DNA from: Pristiophorus japonicus
Lineage: Eukaryota
Length of the DNA stretch: 64,000 nt
Direction of reading: 5' to 3'
Assembly (NCBI RefSeq): GCF_044704955.1
Contig: NC_091998.1
Span: 41,106,001 to 41,170,000 of the forward strand
The position numbers and the translations under genes are program-made. Below the pieces are notes generated by a model that was given only the letters and a program-made list of their open reading frames with translations, made no database searches and was not told the origin of the DNA. Positions 1-12,099 of the stretch are shown here, piece by piece; the stretch's first letter is position 1, and the number at the start of each line of letters is the position of its first letter.

Positions 1-350
1 GAGAAGGGGGGATGGGGGGAGAAGGGGATAAAGGGGGGATAAAGGGGAGAAGGGGGAGAAAGGAGATGGGGGAAGGAGATGGGGGGAAAGGAGATGGGAG
101 GGAAAGGAGATGGGGGGGAGGAGATTGGGGGGGAGAGGAGATTGGGGGGAGAAGGAGATTGGGGGGGAAGGAGATTGGGGGGGGGAAAGGAGATTGTGGG
201 GGGAAAGGAGATGGGGGGGAGAAGGAGATTGTGGGGGGAGAAGCAGATTGGGGGTGGGAAGGAGATTGGGGCGGGAGGAGATTGGGGGGGGAAGGAGATT
301 GGGGGGAGGAGAAGATTGGGGGGGATTGGGGGGAAGGAGAAGGGGGAGGG
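1..350 (+). repeat. Degenerate tandem repeat (GGAGATTGGGGGGGAA-like unit)
   Basis: Repeated GGAGAT(T)G-run units visible directly; source of the Gly-rich ORFs. Confidence 0.9.
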
Positions 351-419
351 AGGCTGAACAGGCCGGGCCCGAGACTTCAGGCAGGGCCCGTCCCCAGCAC
401 CAGATTTATAGGTAGGTGG

Positions 420-725
420 CGTTGGGTCGGGTCGGGGGGGGTGGTGGGAGGGAGGTCAGTTCGGTTCGGGTCGGGGGGAGGGAGGGAGAGGGAGGTCAGG
501 TCGGGGGGAGGGAGGTCAGGTCGGATCCAGTCCGGAGGCGGGGGGGGGGGGCGGGTGTCGGGTCTGGTCCGGGGGCTGGGGGGGTTGCGGGGGGAGCGGG
601 TGTCGGGTCGGGGGCGGGGTGGGGGGGGCGGGTGTTGGGTCCGGTCCGGGGGAGGGGGCGGGGGGGGGGAGCGGGTGTCGGGTCCGGTCCGGAGGCGGGA
701 AGCGGGAGTCGGGTCGGGTCGGGAG
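420..725 (+). repeat. G-rich low-complexity repeat (GGGTC/GGTCC motifs with G runs)
   Basis: Repeated CGGGTGTCGGGTC and GGTCCG motifs separated by G tracts. Confidence 0.8.
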
Positions 726-1947
726 GAAGCAGGAGCTGGCCGTGGGAGGAGCCTTATTCACGCAGCCCCAGTGACGCCATTTGGCCAGGGCTAGGGGCTG
801 CGTGCTTCAGGCCCCTCCCACACAGTTTCGGGCGCCTGGAGCTACTGCACATGCGTGCCCACTGTAGCGCGCATATGCAGAGATCCCGGCACTGTTTTCA
901 GCGCAGGGACCTGGCTCCGCCCCCTACAGCTCTTGCTGCGCTGCACCGAGGGCCAGAGGACCTGCAGGGAGGTGGAGAATACGGAGGTTTTTTTTAGGCG
1001 CACTTTGTGGCGCGAAAAACGGGCGTCCAGGTCGGGACTGCGCCGTTCTAGGCGCGGCTCGAAACTTGGCCCCATACTGTTATACTGCCTGTGTGATACT
1101 TCAGCACATTACCTGTGTGTCTTGTGCCTCTTCCCTCTTCTCAATATTCATGTGAGCCGAATATAATTCCATTCATCTTCCCCAAAGAATTAATTCAATC
1201 ATTCTGTTTTAATTGCCCCCGCCGATAACGAGAAAATCTCCTCCCTCTCGATACATGTGCAGGGCATGTATCGCTGGATTTCAGCTGTGCATGAAGTTTG
1301 GAATCCCTCATCTACAGAAATATTAATGGGTTATGTCACAACATGTAATATTCAGACCGCAGCATGCCAGTGTAAAACTATACCGGCAAATGTGATGTTG
1401 TGTTTCAGAAATGATTGTTGCACACTGTTTTTCTCATGAGTTTATCTGACCAGAGCAGGAAAAAGGATATGACATTCAGAAAGACAAATTACCCATTTTT
1501 TGTGGGCTGTTTTCCATCACGTGCCTTTTAGAGCCATGGCTATCACTGCATCTGACAGGATAATTTATTACAATTAATTTTTTTTTTCACTTAAGTTCAT
1601 TGCTCAGCGCTGCATTATATATTCTGGAGATGTTGTAAAAGCCAGCCCAAAGGTTATGACATTTTAAATGATGATGGTTTTGGTGAATTGCAGATCTGGA
1701 TGTGGTTCAGAAGCAGTTTGGAGCTAGTAAATGCCAAAAGCTTCAAAACCAGTCATAAAAAGTCAACTGTCAGGGAGCCGAGTATCAGCATGCTGACATC
1801 TCCAAACCTGCCACTGTTGTATCACCATGTTTTCTGCTAAGAAAAATCTTCTTCAAAGAGCATTGAAATTAAGTTGTGAAGTATTACCTGCTATTTTAAT
1901 GTTCGAGCTAACCTTTTTAAAAATGATCACGTTAAAATAATGGAGTT

Positions 1948-4648
1948 CTTACATTACAACAGTGACTACACTTCGAAAGTGCTTAATTGGCTATAAAGCG
2001 CTTTGGGACATAAGAACATAAGAAATAGGAGCAGGAGTAGGCCATATGGCCCCTTGAACCTGCTCTGCCATTCAATAAGATCATGGCTGATCTGATCATG
2101 GACTCAGGTCCACTTCCCCGCCCGCTCCCCATGACCCCTTATCCCTTATCATTTAAGAAACTGTCTATTTCTGTCTTAAATTTATTCAATGTCCCAGCTT
2201 CCACAGCTTTCTGAGGCAGAGAATTCTATAGATTTGCAACCCTCTGAGAGAAAAAATTTCTCCTCATCTGTTTTAAATGGTTGGCCCCTTATTCTAAGAT
2301 CATGCCCTCTGGTTCTAGTCTCCCCCATCAATGGAAACATCCTCTCTGCATCCACCTTGTCAAGCCCATTCATAATATTATACATTTCAATAAGATCACC
2401 TCTCATTCTTCTGAATTCCAATCAGTAGAGGCCCAACCTACTCAACCTTTCCTCATAAGTCAACCCCCTCATTCCCGGAATCAACCTAGTGAACCTTCTC
2501 TGAACTGCCTCCAAAGCAAGTATATCCTTTCGTAAATATGGAAACCAAAACTGCACACAGTATTCCAGGTGGGGCCTCACCAATACCTTATATAGCTGTC
2601 GCAAGACTTCCTTACTTTTATACTCCATCCCCTTTGCAATAAAGGCCAAGATACCATTGGCCTTCCTGATCACTTGCTGCACCTGCATACTATCCTTTTG
2701 TGTTTCATGCACAAGTACCCCCAGGTCCCGCTGTACTGCGGCACTTTGCAATCTTTCTCCATTTAAATAATAACTTTCTCTTCGATTTTTTCTGCCAAAG
2801 TGCATGACCTCACATTTTCCAACATTATATCCATCTGCCAAATTTTTGCCCACTCACTTAGCCTGTCTATGTCCTTTTGCAGATTTTTTTGTGTCCTCCT
2901 CACACATTGCTTTTCCTCCCATCTTTGTATCGTCAACAAACTTGGCTACGTTACACTCAGTCCCTTCTTCCAAGTCGTTAATATAGATTGTAAATAGTTG
3001 GGGTCCCAGCACTGATCCCTGCGGCACCCCACTAGTTACTGGTTGCTAACCAGAGAATGAACCATTTCTCCCTACTCTCTGTTTTCTGTTCATTAGCCAA
3101 TCCTCTATCCATGCTAATATATTACTCCCAACCCCGTGAACCTTTATCTTGTGCAATGACCTTTTATGTGGCACCTTGTGAAATGCCTTCTGGAAGTCCA
3201 AATACACCACATCCACTGGTTCCCCTTTATCCACCCTGTTTGTTACATCCTCAAAGAACTCCAGCAAATTTGTCAAACATGACTCCCCCTTCATAAATCC
3301 ATGCTGACTCTGCCTGACTGAATTTTGCTTTTCCAAATGTCCTGCTACTGCTTCTTTAATAATGGACTCCAACATTTTCCCAACCACAGATGTTAGGCTA
3401 ACTGGTCTAGTTTCCTGCTTTTTGTCTGCCTCCTTTTTTAAATAGTGAGGTTACATTTGCAGTTTTCCAATCTGCTGGGACCTTCCCATAATCCAGGGAA
3501 TTTTGGTAAATTACAAGCAATGCATCCACAATCCCTGCCGCTACTTCTCTTAAGACGATGCAAGCCATCGGGTCCAGGGGATTTATCTGCCTTTAGTCCC
3601 ATTATCTTACTGAGTACCACCTCCTTAGTGATTATGATTGTTCCTCCCCCCCATAGCCCCTTGACTGTCCACTGTCGGAATATTGTTAGTGTCCTCTACC
3701 GTAAAGATTGATACAAAATATTTGTTCAGAGTGTCTGCCATCTCCATGCTTCCAATTACTAATTCCCCGGTCTCGTCCTCTAAAGGACCAACATTTACTT
3801 TACCCACTCTTTTCCTTTTTATATACCTATAGAAACTCGCTATCTGTTTTTACATTTTGTGCTAGTTTACTTTCAGTCTATCTTCCCTTTCTTAATCATT
3901 TTTTTAGTCGTTCTTCGCTGGCTTTTAAAAGCTTCCCAGTCTTCTGTCCTGCCACTAGTTTTCGCCACTTTGTATGCCCTTGTTTTTAATTGGATACCGT
4001 CCTTTATTTCTTTAGTTAGCCATGGATGGCTATTTTTTTCTCTTACAACCTTTCGTCCTCACTGGAATATATTTTTCTTGAGAGTTGTAAAACATCTCCT
4101 TAAACATACACCACTGTTCATCAACCGTCCTACACTTTAATATATTTTCCCAGTCCACTTTACCCAACTCTGCCCTCATACCTTCATAGTCTCCTTTATT
4201 TAAGCTTAGTACGCTGGTTAGAGATCCAATTTTCTCACCCTCCATCTTAATTTGAAATTCAATCGTGCTATGATCACTCATTCTGAGGGGATCCTTTACT
4301 AGTAGATTGTTTATTAATCCTGTCTCATTACACAGGACTAGATCTAAGATAGCCTGCCCCCTGGTTGGTACTGTTACATACTGCTCAAGGAACCCGTCCC
4401 TTATGCACTCTATGAACTCCTCCTCAAGGCTACCCTGACCAATTTGATTTGTCCAATCAATATGGAGGTTAAAATCACCCATGATTATTGCTGTTCCCTT
4501 TTTACAAGCCTCCACTATTTTCTGGTTTATACTCCGACCAACAGAGTTGCTACTGTTAGGGGGCCTATAGACTACATCCACAAGTGACTTTTTCCCTTTA
4601 TTGTTCCTGGGGTCGTGAAAGGCGCTATATAAATGCAAGTCATTCTTC
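1948..4648 (+). mobile_element. DeuSINE 3' tail split by a CR1 insertion (pieces ~1948-2011 and ~4606-4648)
   Basis: ...AAGCGCTTTGGGACAT | CCTGGGGTCGTGAAAGGCGCTATATAAATGCAAG rejoins into the SINE tail seen intact at ~6920-6980. Confidence 0.8.
2009..4605 (-). mobile_element. CR1 LINE, 5'-truncated, frameshifted ORF2 (APE endonuclease plus reverse transcriptase)
   Basis: ORF pieces [29 protein letters not shown]; (TTCTTATG)n tail on the minus strand at 2009. Confidence 0.97.
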
Positions 4649-5126
4649 TTCATATGATAAGATATTAAGCAATTGTATGGTAATATTGCACAGCATTACT
4701 TCCAGGCTTGTATTTTCTGCAGTTTCCATCTATACCCACGATCTCACTATCACTTGTGGCTTCCCATCTATCATTGAGAAAGCTCTGTCTGAATACTTCT
4801 TCACTTCCCTTAAGAACCACATCTCCCCATTTCTCACCATCCTTGGGGGGCAGGATCGGGGTGGGGAGGGAGCGGGGTGATCAGCAACTTGCACAGTTTC
4901 TATACTCAAGTCACACCAGGAAACTTGCGTGTAAATCCCCCTGCTGGTGAATAGCATAACTTTCCAGCTCAACTATCATACAACAATGGCACAACTGGCA
5001 GTGAGGAAATTCAGGGCTGGTATTTATAGCAAATAAAACATCCCTGAAAATGAGCTGCAGGCAGTGATCCAGTTACACAGTTCAGATGACATAATAAACT
5101 GTGAGAATGGGTTTTCAGGATTTATT

Positions 5127-5825
5127 GGCCCGGAATTTGCAGTCAGCGGTGAAGCAAAGGTGCTGGCTCCGAAGTAAGTTTCCCACAAAGATCCCGCCAT
5201 CTCTGTGGCGAGAAGTTCGGCTTTCCCGACACGTAATTGAAATCAACGCAAGTTGATGTGGAATCTGTAACACAAGCTGCTGTGACGTCAACAAGCTGTC
5301 TAAGAAGCCAATCACAATGCAGAATTCTCAGACACTGAACCAGGAAGTGGGGAAGCTCGTTTGATTGTAACTTTTTAAAAATGTTAGAGAGCGAAACAAA
5401 GATTGGGGTTCTCACATGGGGAAAAGGTGAACCTGAAATAAAGATGAACAATGTTTAATTTTTATTAAAAATGGATAAGTTTGACACTCCACAAAATTAA
5501 AATTAGATTTTCAGGCGGTAACCTTTGTTTAGCAGTTAAATTGTTAAAATCCCAGTTACACCTAATCCAAAAAGGTCTAACTTTTAATGGGGTATTTAAC
5601 AGCGATATTACCGCGGAAAAGCCCAAGTTTTCGTCTCCTTCCATGTCTTGACAGACGGGGGCCACAGTGCAGCCAGTGTCGGAGCAGTGAATTACTGACC
5701 TCAACTTCAGGATTGCCGTGTTAGGATGCGCATGCTCTACATCCTGAAGTTGAGGTCAGTTTCAAAGGGGTAATGACAGCGAACGCTGTTTGTTCGCTCT
5801 TATTACCCACCGCAAATTCCAGACC
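5127..5825. mobile_element. Harbinger-type MITE
   Basis: TIRs GGCCCGGAATTTGC / GCAAATTCCAGACC; identical 3-bp flanks ATT/ATT. Confidence 0.8.
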
Positions 5826-6242
5826 ATTATTTCATCAATCTCCCTCGGTGACACTCGTCATTAACCAGAGTACTCTGTTCATATTAATACTGTAGGACAC
5901 CATTAACTCCCACAGATTGTGACATAACATCTTCAAGTTTTTCAAGAAATAATTTTAAATTGATTACAAGGAAATTCCTTGACTGTTAAATACTATATGC
6001 AATTGGCCTTACTGTCATGATTGCCTAAGCAGTGGATGTATTTGGAAGACCTATCACCTATTACTTATATCCGAAAATCGCTGAACTGATAATGCATCAG
6101 CAATGAAATTGTGAGAGAGGACTAGCCAGCTCCACAAATACTTGAGTTACAAATTCTATCCCTCAGGTCTTCATAATGTGTGCTGTTTAGATCATATGCT
6201 AAACATTAATCTGCTAAAGAACTAGGTAACGTTAATGAGCTA

Positions 6243-6419
6243 AAGCTGTAAAAGAAATGGATTTAATAGCCCACTATATTTCTTTGCGGTTTGGTGCCAG
6301 TGTAACTGGAGGCAATGTGAGCTCTGATTCATCTCGTTTGGACTCAGAACATTTGTGTTCTGAAGATTCTCTTCAAATGAATTTACAAAGCAAAAATAGT
6401 TCCAGCCGTTATGTGATGT
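6243..6419 (-). pseudogene. Candidate exon, weakly death-domain-like
   Basis: Acceptor TTTTTCATATTTCTTGGAG; reads TSHNGWNYFCFVNSFEE...EMNQSSHCLQLHWHQTAKKYSGLLNPFLLQL*; Trp and Leu spacing resembles DD helices 2-5 (by eye). Confidence 0.25.
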
Positions 6420-6664
6420 CTCCAAGAAATATGAAAAATGTTTTAAATTACATTAAATATGGTGTGAGCCATTACATAGGCCTGTTATTGCAGAAAGCTT
6501 ACACTTTCAAACATAAATATAGTCTACTGCCTCTTAATTCTAGTTATCTGACAATTCACATTTTTTTAAACTTTGCTGTGTTACCTACACTATTTATTCA
6601 AGTTATTAGTTAATTCTTTTTTGCGCGCAATAAACAACTTTGAATCATTAGTTGACTAATAATA

Positions 6665-6980
6665 TCTTTCAGATGAGACATTAAACCGAGGACCGGTCTG
6701 CTCTCCCAAGTGGACGCAAAAGATTCCATGGCGCTATTTCAAAGACGAGCAGGGGAGATATCCCCGTTGTCCTTGGGCTAATATTTATCCCTGAATCAAC
6801 ATAACAAAAACAGATTATCTGGTCATTGCTGTTTGTGGGAGCTTGCTGAGTGCAAATTGGCTGCCGCGTTTTCCACGTTGCAACAGTTACTTGACTCCAA
6901 GAGTACTTCATTGGCTATAAAGCGCTTTGAGACATCCGGTGGTCGTGAAAGGCGCTATATAAATGCAAGTCTTTCTTCTA
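6665..6980 (+). mobile_element. SacSINE1-like DeuSINE, 5'-truncated
   Basis: Deu-domain-like TCTTTCAGATGAGACATTAAACCGAGG and tail GGCGCTATATAAATGCAAGTCTTTC. Confidence 0.85.
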
Positions 6981-7096
6981 TAGTTGCATATCCCGAATAA
7001 GAAATACTTTAAGTACCTTCAGAAGGTTCAAAGATTATTGACAATCAGAGATTAAATGACATGTGGGGTTTAGTACAGTGCTTTATATGTTCTAAG

Positions 7097-7921
7097 TCAG
7101 CCGCAGCTCATTTGGTAGCACCCTCGCCTCTGAGTCAGAAAGTTGTGGGTTCATAGGGCTCAATTTTCCTCTTTGCCGATTTTTGGCAGCCATGAAGATT
7201 AACGACCGATTTTTTAGTGCCCAATTGCGCCGGAAAAAATAGTTGCTACTTTCGGCAAAGTTAAATTTCATTTTGGCGCTGCGATACCCGAAGTTAAATC
7301 TGAGGGTGGAGCTTCAAGTCTGCGCTAAAAGCTGAGGTTGCCAGGGTAATGAGAGAGATACTGAAGGAAGTTGCCAGGGTAACGAGAGATATACTGAGGG
7401 CTGAAACTCCCCCTGTGAGTTGAAGTTCCATGGCCAGGGCTAGCAGCAGCAGGGGAGCAGGGAGGGAAAGCCATTCGGCAGCAGGACCAGGACCTGGAGC
7501 AGGGTCCTTTCGGCCCGGAACTGCAGCGGGACCAGGAGTGGGGGGCCAACACCAAAACGAGTCATCTTTAATGTAAAGAGAAGAAAAAGTAACATAATTT
7601 AAAATGATCATTATAAACTATCTTTATGAGCAAGACTAACTAAACTGCAAAGAAACAGCTCCGATATAGACCTGAGTGCCAATTTTCTTAAGTTAACGTA
7701 GGGTTTTTCTGAACGATACTTAAGGCCACTCTGTGCCACCCTTAAATAAATCGGTGTTGGGGAAAATCGCTTAAATGGCCTAAAACGGCACAGAATCCAG
7801 TTTTCAACCAGACTGACGCCAAGAAATGTGGAGCACAAAAAAAATCTGGCGCTTCATTGGCTGTAAAGCGCCTTGAGACGTCTGGTGGTCGTGAAGGCGC
7901 TATATAAACACAAGTCTTTCT
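7097..7921 (+). mobile_element. DeuSINE head (~7097-7154) and tail (~7852-7921) interrupted by a one-ended MITE (~7156-7850)
   Basis: tRNA-like head GCTCATTTGGTAGCAC...GGGTTCA is cut by GGGCTCAATTTTCC; no matching right TIR seen; direct repeat GTTGCCAGGGTAA.GAGA x2 at ~7337-7397. Confidence 0.7.
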
Positions 7922-8174
7922 ATTGGACACTTGCTTGCTTGCTTTTTTTCAGGGTTCTGTCTTTTACTCAGCTTGTTCTGTATCTGCACATATCTTGTTC
8001 TCCGGTCTATTTATCTGATCCTTGTTCCTTTTCTTAATTTTGCCTGGATCTTCTTCTTACCCCTGAGGATTCAGGAATCTGTCACATTAAATATAGGAGA
8101 GGCTCAAGATTGCCAGTGATCCTTGATCCTTGAGTGCTTCATGGAAACATGCTATACTTCCAAGCACTGACTCC

Positions 8175-8428
8175 AGGGGTGCATTAACAGATAGGCCACT
8201 GGGCTCATGCCCAGTGGGGCCCTCAGTAGAACACACTGCAACGCAGTAAGACTGCATATAATATCTGGACAGGTTTCATTTAAGCATAGTATATTGTGGC
8301 ATGATTTGTTTTATTTGTCATAATGTATGTGAATATTTGTGATTTCATGGATCAGGGGGAGGTTCTGATAGAGCACAGAGGGGCCCAAATGTTCATTGAG
8401 CTCAGGGCCCCAAGAATTTTTAATTCTG
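8175..8428. mobile_element. Possible old hAT-type MITE
   Basis: Starts CAGGGG, has GGGCCC motifs near both ends, ends ...TAATTCTG; degenerate. Confidence 0.3.
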
Positions 8429-8642
8429 ATGATCACAAATCAACCTGAAAAACTAGTAGTAAAAAAGCGTAGGAAATCTCTGAATGAAACTTTTGAAAAC
8501 TCACTTTTTTATTTTTTGTTGTTCATTCCATATTCTCATGATTTACTTTAAAATAAAGATTGGTGAAATGTTGTGCTCAATTAACATTGGCATAGAGGAG
8601 TAGAAAGCTATTAACCTTCCAGCAACCAATCTCAGAGCAGGT

Positions 8643-10035
8643 CTAAAGATTAGGCATGGGCCAGAGGCAGGGTTGGAAACGGGTGATGTTACGGAGGTGG
8701 AAGTAGACGGTTTTGATGATGGAATGGATATGTAGTTGGAAGCTCACCTTGGGGTCAAATAGGACGCCAAGGTTGAGAGCGATCTGGTTCAGCCTCAGAT
8801 AGTGGCCAGGGAGATAAATGGAATTGGTGGCTAGGAAACAGAGTTTGTGATGGGGACCGAAGACAATGGCTTCAGTCTTCCCAATATTTAGTTGGAAGAA
8901 TTTTCTGTTCATCCAGTACTCGATGTTGGACAAGCAACAAGACGAATCATAGACAGTGGAGGTGTCGAAAAAGATGGTGGTGAGGTAGTGCTGGGTGTCG
9001 TCAGCATACATGTGGAACTTGATGTTGGGGTCGAAATTCAGGCCTGCCGGAAACCTGGCGCACCTACCTTTTTCCAAATATTTTTACCGCCGTTTCGGAT
9101 GAGGTCACCTCTTTCCCAAAATTCAGCTCTTTTGTCTTTTTTTTGGGGGGGCGGATGTGCGGCGGTAAGTGCTGGTAAGCAGTCGTGAGTGCGTCACTGC
9201 CGGGGACCGCCAGAAAAACACCCCTGCTGAATTTAGCTTGTGGCGGCCATTCAACCAGAAATCGGTGGCCGCTCAACTTCGCCGCATGGCCGCTGCAATC
9301 CAGCGGTAACGGGCCTTATTTGGGAGCTGAATTTCGGCACCATTGTGTTTTCGGATGATCGCTGAGGGGCAGCTTGTAGATGAGAAATAGGAAGAAGCAG
9401 AGACAACTGAATGGATTGACACAATCTTGGTGACAAGGAAGTCCATGAGCTCCTTGCACTTGTTGTTGGAGGTGAGGGTGGAGGAGAATCGTTTAAGAAG
9501 ATAGTTTGTAGTGGAGCAGGGAAGTCTGGGGTTATCGTTACATTCCAGGATGATCCTGAAACAGTGAACAGTATTGGCAGAGAGGAGCAGGACCCAATAG
9601 TGCTTTATGTAGTCCAGTCAGATCTGGTGATGAGTAGCTAAGCCAAACTTACAAGTCTGCATCCCTTGGAGTTAAGGGAATGAAGAATAGCATCGTTCCA
9701 GGGAGAATGACCAGGATGAGAGAATAATGGTTTTAATGGGGACAAGGGCATCAAAGGTGGAGGAGAAGGTGTGTTGAGCAAATCGGTAGCTGCAGAACTG
9801 CCGTGGTGAATGGAGGGCACCTGGGAATTTGAAAGTGTTGTTTAAGTGACTTGGAGGGAGAGTTTTTTTCCAGGGGCGAACACAGATGGAAGTGGGGTTG
9901 GGAGAGGGAAGGGGGATGCAAGTGGACAGTGATATAAAAAAGTGATCAGAAATGGCCTTATATGTGATTGACACAATGGAAGTAGTGAGGCCACATGAGA
10001 TGGCAAGATCGAGGGAGTGGCAATGAATATGTGTA
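8643..10035 (-). mobile_element. Degraded L2-clade LINE fragment (RT and endonuclease remnants)
   Basis: FHMYADDTQHYL, LNIGKTEAIVF, NLGVLFD and ISDHF motifs. Confidence 0.85.
9027..9341. mobile_element. Harbinger-type MITE nested in the L2 fragment
   Basis: TIRs GGGGTCGAAATTCAG / CTGAATTTCGGCACC; flanks GTT/ATT. Confidence 0.8.
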
Positions 10036-10297
10036 GCTCATGGATTTAAATATGAATATCACTGAAGAGCACCTCCTACTGCTGGGCTTTCTAAGTGTGT
10101 ATTATGGAGTCACTTTGAAAGTTGAAATCCATTTATCCTGGTAATAATAGATCTTGATGTTAGTATTTATTGACCAATGAGGTATTAGTGTTAAATACAG
10201 TCTTTTCCAAGCCTCAAGGCCCATGAAATTCAAACAGGACAAACGAGCAAATATTCAAACCAAGCATATAATAAATATAAACATAAATAGGACTGAC

Positions 10298-10497
10298 TTG
10301 TCTGGGCCTTGAAGATCTGATTGCCAAGGCTCAGGAACCATGCACGGCTTTTGGACCTCGGTTGGGATTATGTCCTTTTGCATGACTACAACATTTCCAT
10401 TTCCCACAGGTGCTATTTGGCCATCTTTCTGAGTGAGATTGCCAATTTGTGTTCGATTATTGATGGTTACGTGCTGTTGATTTATGATCACGAGGAG
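10298..10497 (-). pseudogene. Candidate 200-bp exon with RHIM-like motif(s)
   Basis: Acceptor TTGCTCTACCTAG, donor AA|GTCAGT; open frame LLVIINQQHVTINNRTQIGNLTQKDGQIAPVGNGNVVVMQKDIIPTEVQKP... Confidence 0.45.
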
Positions 10498-11529
10498 CTA
10501 GGTAGAGCAAGTGTTTTAACTCATCTTTCTTGGAACCTAGTCAGCTTTCAGAGAGAGGTGGCTTCCATTCCATCAGTCTGGGCTGGATTCAGGCCTCGAG
10601 CTCAGGCATAAAGAGCAATGTTGTAATCAACCATGCCATTCTAGCTCTCCAATTTCATTATCGTTAATAGAAAACAGCGGTTGAGAGAATCATTACATCA
10701 GGGAGTTATTAACTGTTAATCTGCACGGCATCTATGCTACAGAAGTTTTCATTGCACATCTTGAAGAGTGTTTCTCTAGGACATTGCAGACATTCTGCAC
10801 ATGGACACTGCGCAACAATACAAGGGAGACTGATCGTAAATCATCAAGTTCATTCTAGTCATGCTTTTTAATTGAGGTTCAGTGTGATAATTTGCTCTCC
10901 TGTGTTGCCAACAGCATAAGGCAAAGAAGCCTGAAGACTTAATGTGGGTCTTTTTTTATACCTCATTAAAATGAACGAAGTATTCTCTCTTTGCATTTAA
11001 ACATCCGTAAACCCATTCAAGTTTGCAAAGTGAAAACATGATAAATTACCATTATAAAAACTATTGGCGCACAGTTCTGTTTAAAAGTACTTTGCTGACC
11101 AATATTTTCACATTAACTAATAGGATAGCACAGCGGACACCACACGTCAAGTTGCATCTGCACAGGCACATGTCTTTGAATTGCAGCTCACTGCACTTTG
11201 CTTGTAGCACAATTGTTAAGCAATAAAATAGTTTGCATATTATACAACAGAATATTTGCTGTAAAAAGGAAAAAAAGCAAAAGCCAAGACCCAAGAGATG
11301 CTAAGATCATGGCTCTTGCATCCGAGAACTGAGAATTCTGCGGGCACAAGGGTCAGGGAAAAGAGGACAATGACTTGCATCAATGGTCTGCGCCCCTTTA
11401 ACACTGCCTGGCAGTCCTGGGTCTTTCCTGTGGGCTAGAGTCTGGCTAGGACTGCAAGAGGTAGAGGCCAGACAGAACCATGCGAGACACTAACTTCATA
11501 GGTAGGAAAGTCTACATAATTCTGAAGAA

Positions 11530-11760
11530 CAACAACAACAACAACTTGTATTTATATAGCGCTTTTAACGCAGTAAAACATCCCAAGGCGCTTCACAGGA
11601 GTGTTATCAGACAAAACAAATATATTTGACACCGAGCCACATAAGAAGAAATTACGGCAGATGGCCAAAAGCTTGGTCAAAGAGGTAGGTTTTAAGGAGC
11701 GTCTTAAACGAGGAAAGAGAGGTAGAAAAGCAGAGAGGTTGAGGGAGGGAATTCCAGAGC
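11530..11760 (-). mobile_element. L2-like LINE 3' end with (TTG)n tail
   Basis: ACAACAACTTGTATTTATATAGCGC; shares its terminal motif with the DeuSINE tail. Confidence 0.7.
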
Positions 11761-12099
11761 TTATAAATTAAGACTATAACTTGGGGGTACTACAAGGCTC
11801 CCAAGAGTATACTATCTATCATCTGAACACTGCAAAGAAAGACTACTCAAAAGGAACTCTTCTGGCTGGTTTGACTATTTAACTCTTTCATAATCTGTTT
11901 CAAAGATATTATCTGACTCGATCGGACTTCAAAAATTGCCTGCATTTTCCTCATACTGTAAGGCGCTCTGCCCATGTTCATTAATTCAGTCGTATATGAA
12001 GGTGTCTGGCATGTGGTGTTGCTGATACAAATCGTCCTGAGAAGTGATGTGGGTGTATAATGGAAAACTGGAAAACCTAAGTATAAATTCAAAGACTAT

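Larger units (their letters stand above)
1..1072. mobile_element. Right part of a GC-rich non-autonomous DNA transposon (Harbinger-type MITE) with internal G-rich tandem repeats
   Basis: Ends in GAAACTTGGCCC (reverse complement GGGCCAAGTTTC), similar to the termini of other MITEs in the window; abrupt switch to AT-rich DNA after 1072; left end is outside the window. Confidence 0.6.

Noticed and set aside
12-997. Gly-rich ORFs up to 260 aa
   Set aside because: By-products of G-rich tandem repeats that lack stop codons
6257-6613. 118-aa plus-strand ORF
   Set aside because: No motif, AT-rich tail, and it overlaps a minus-strand candidate
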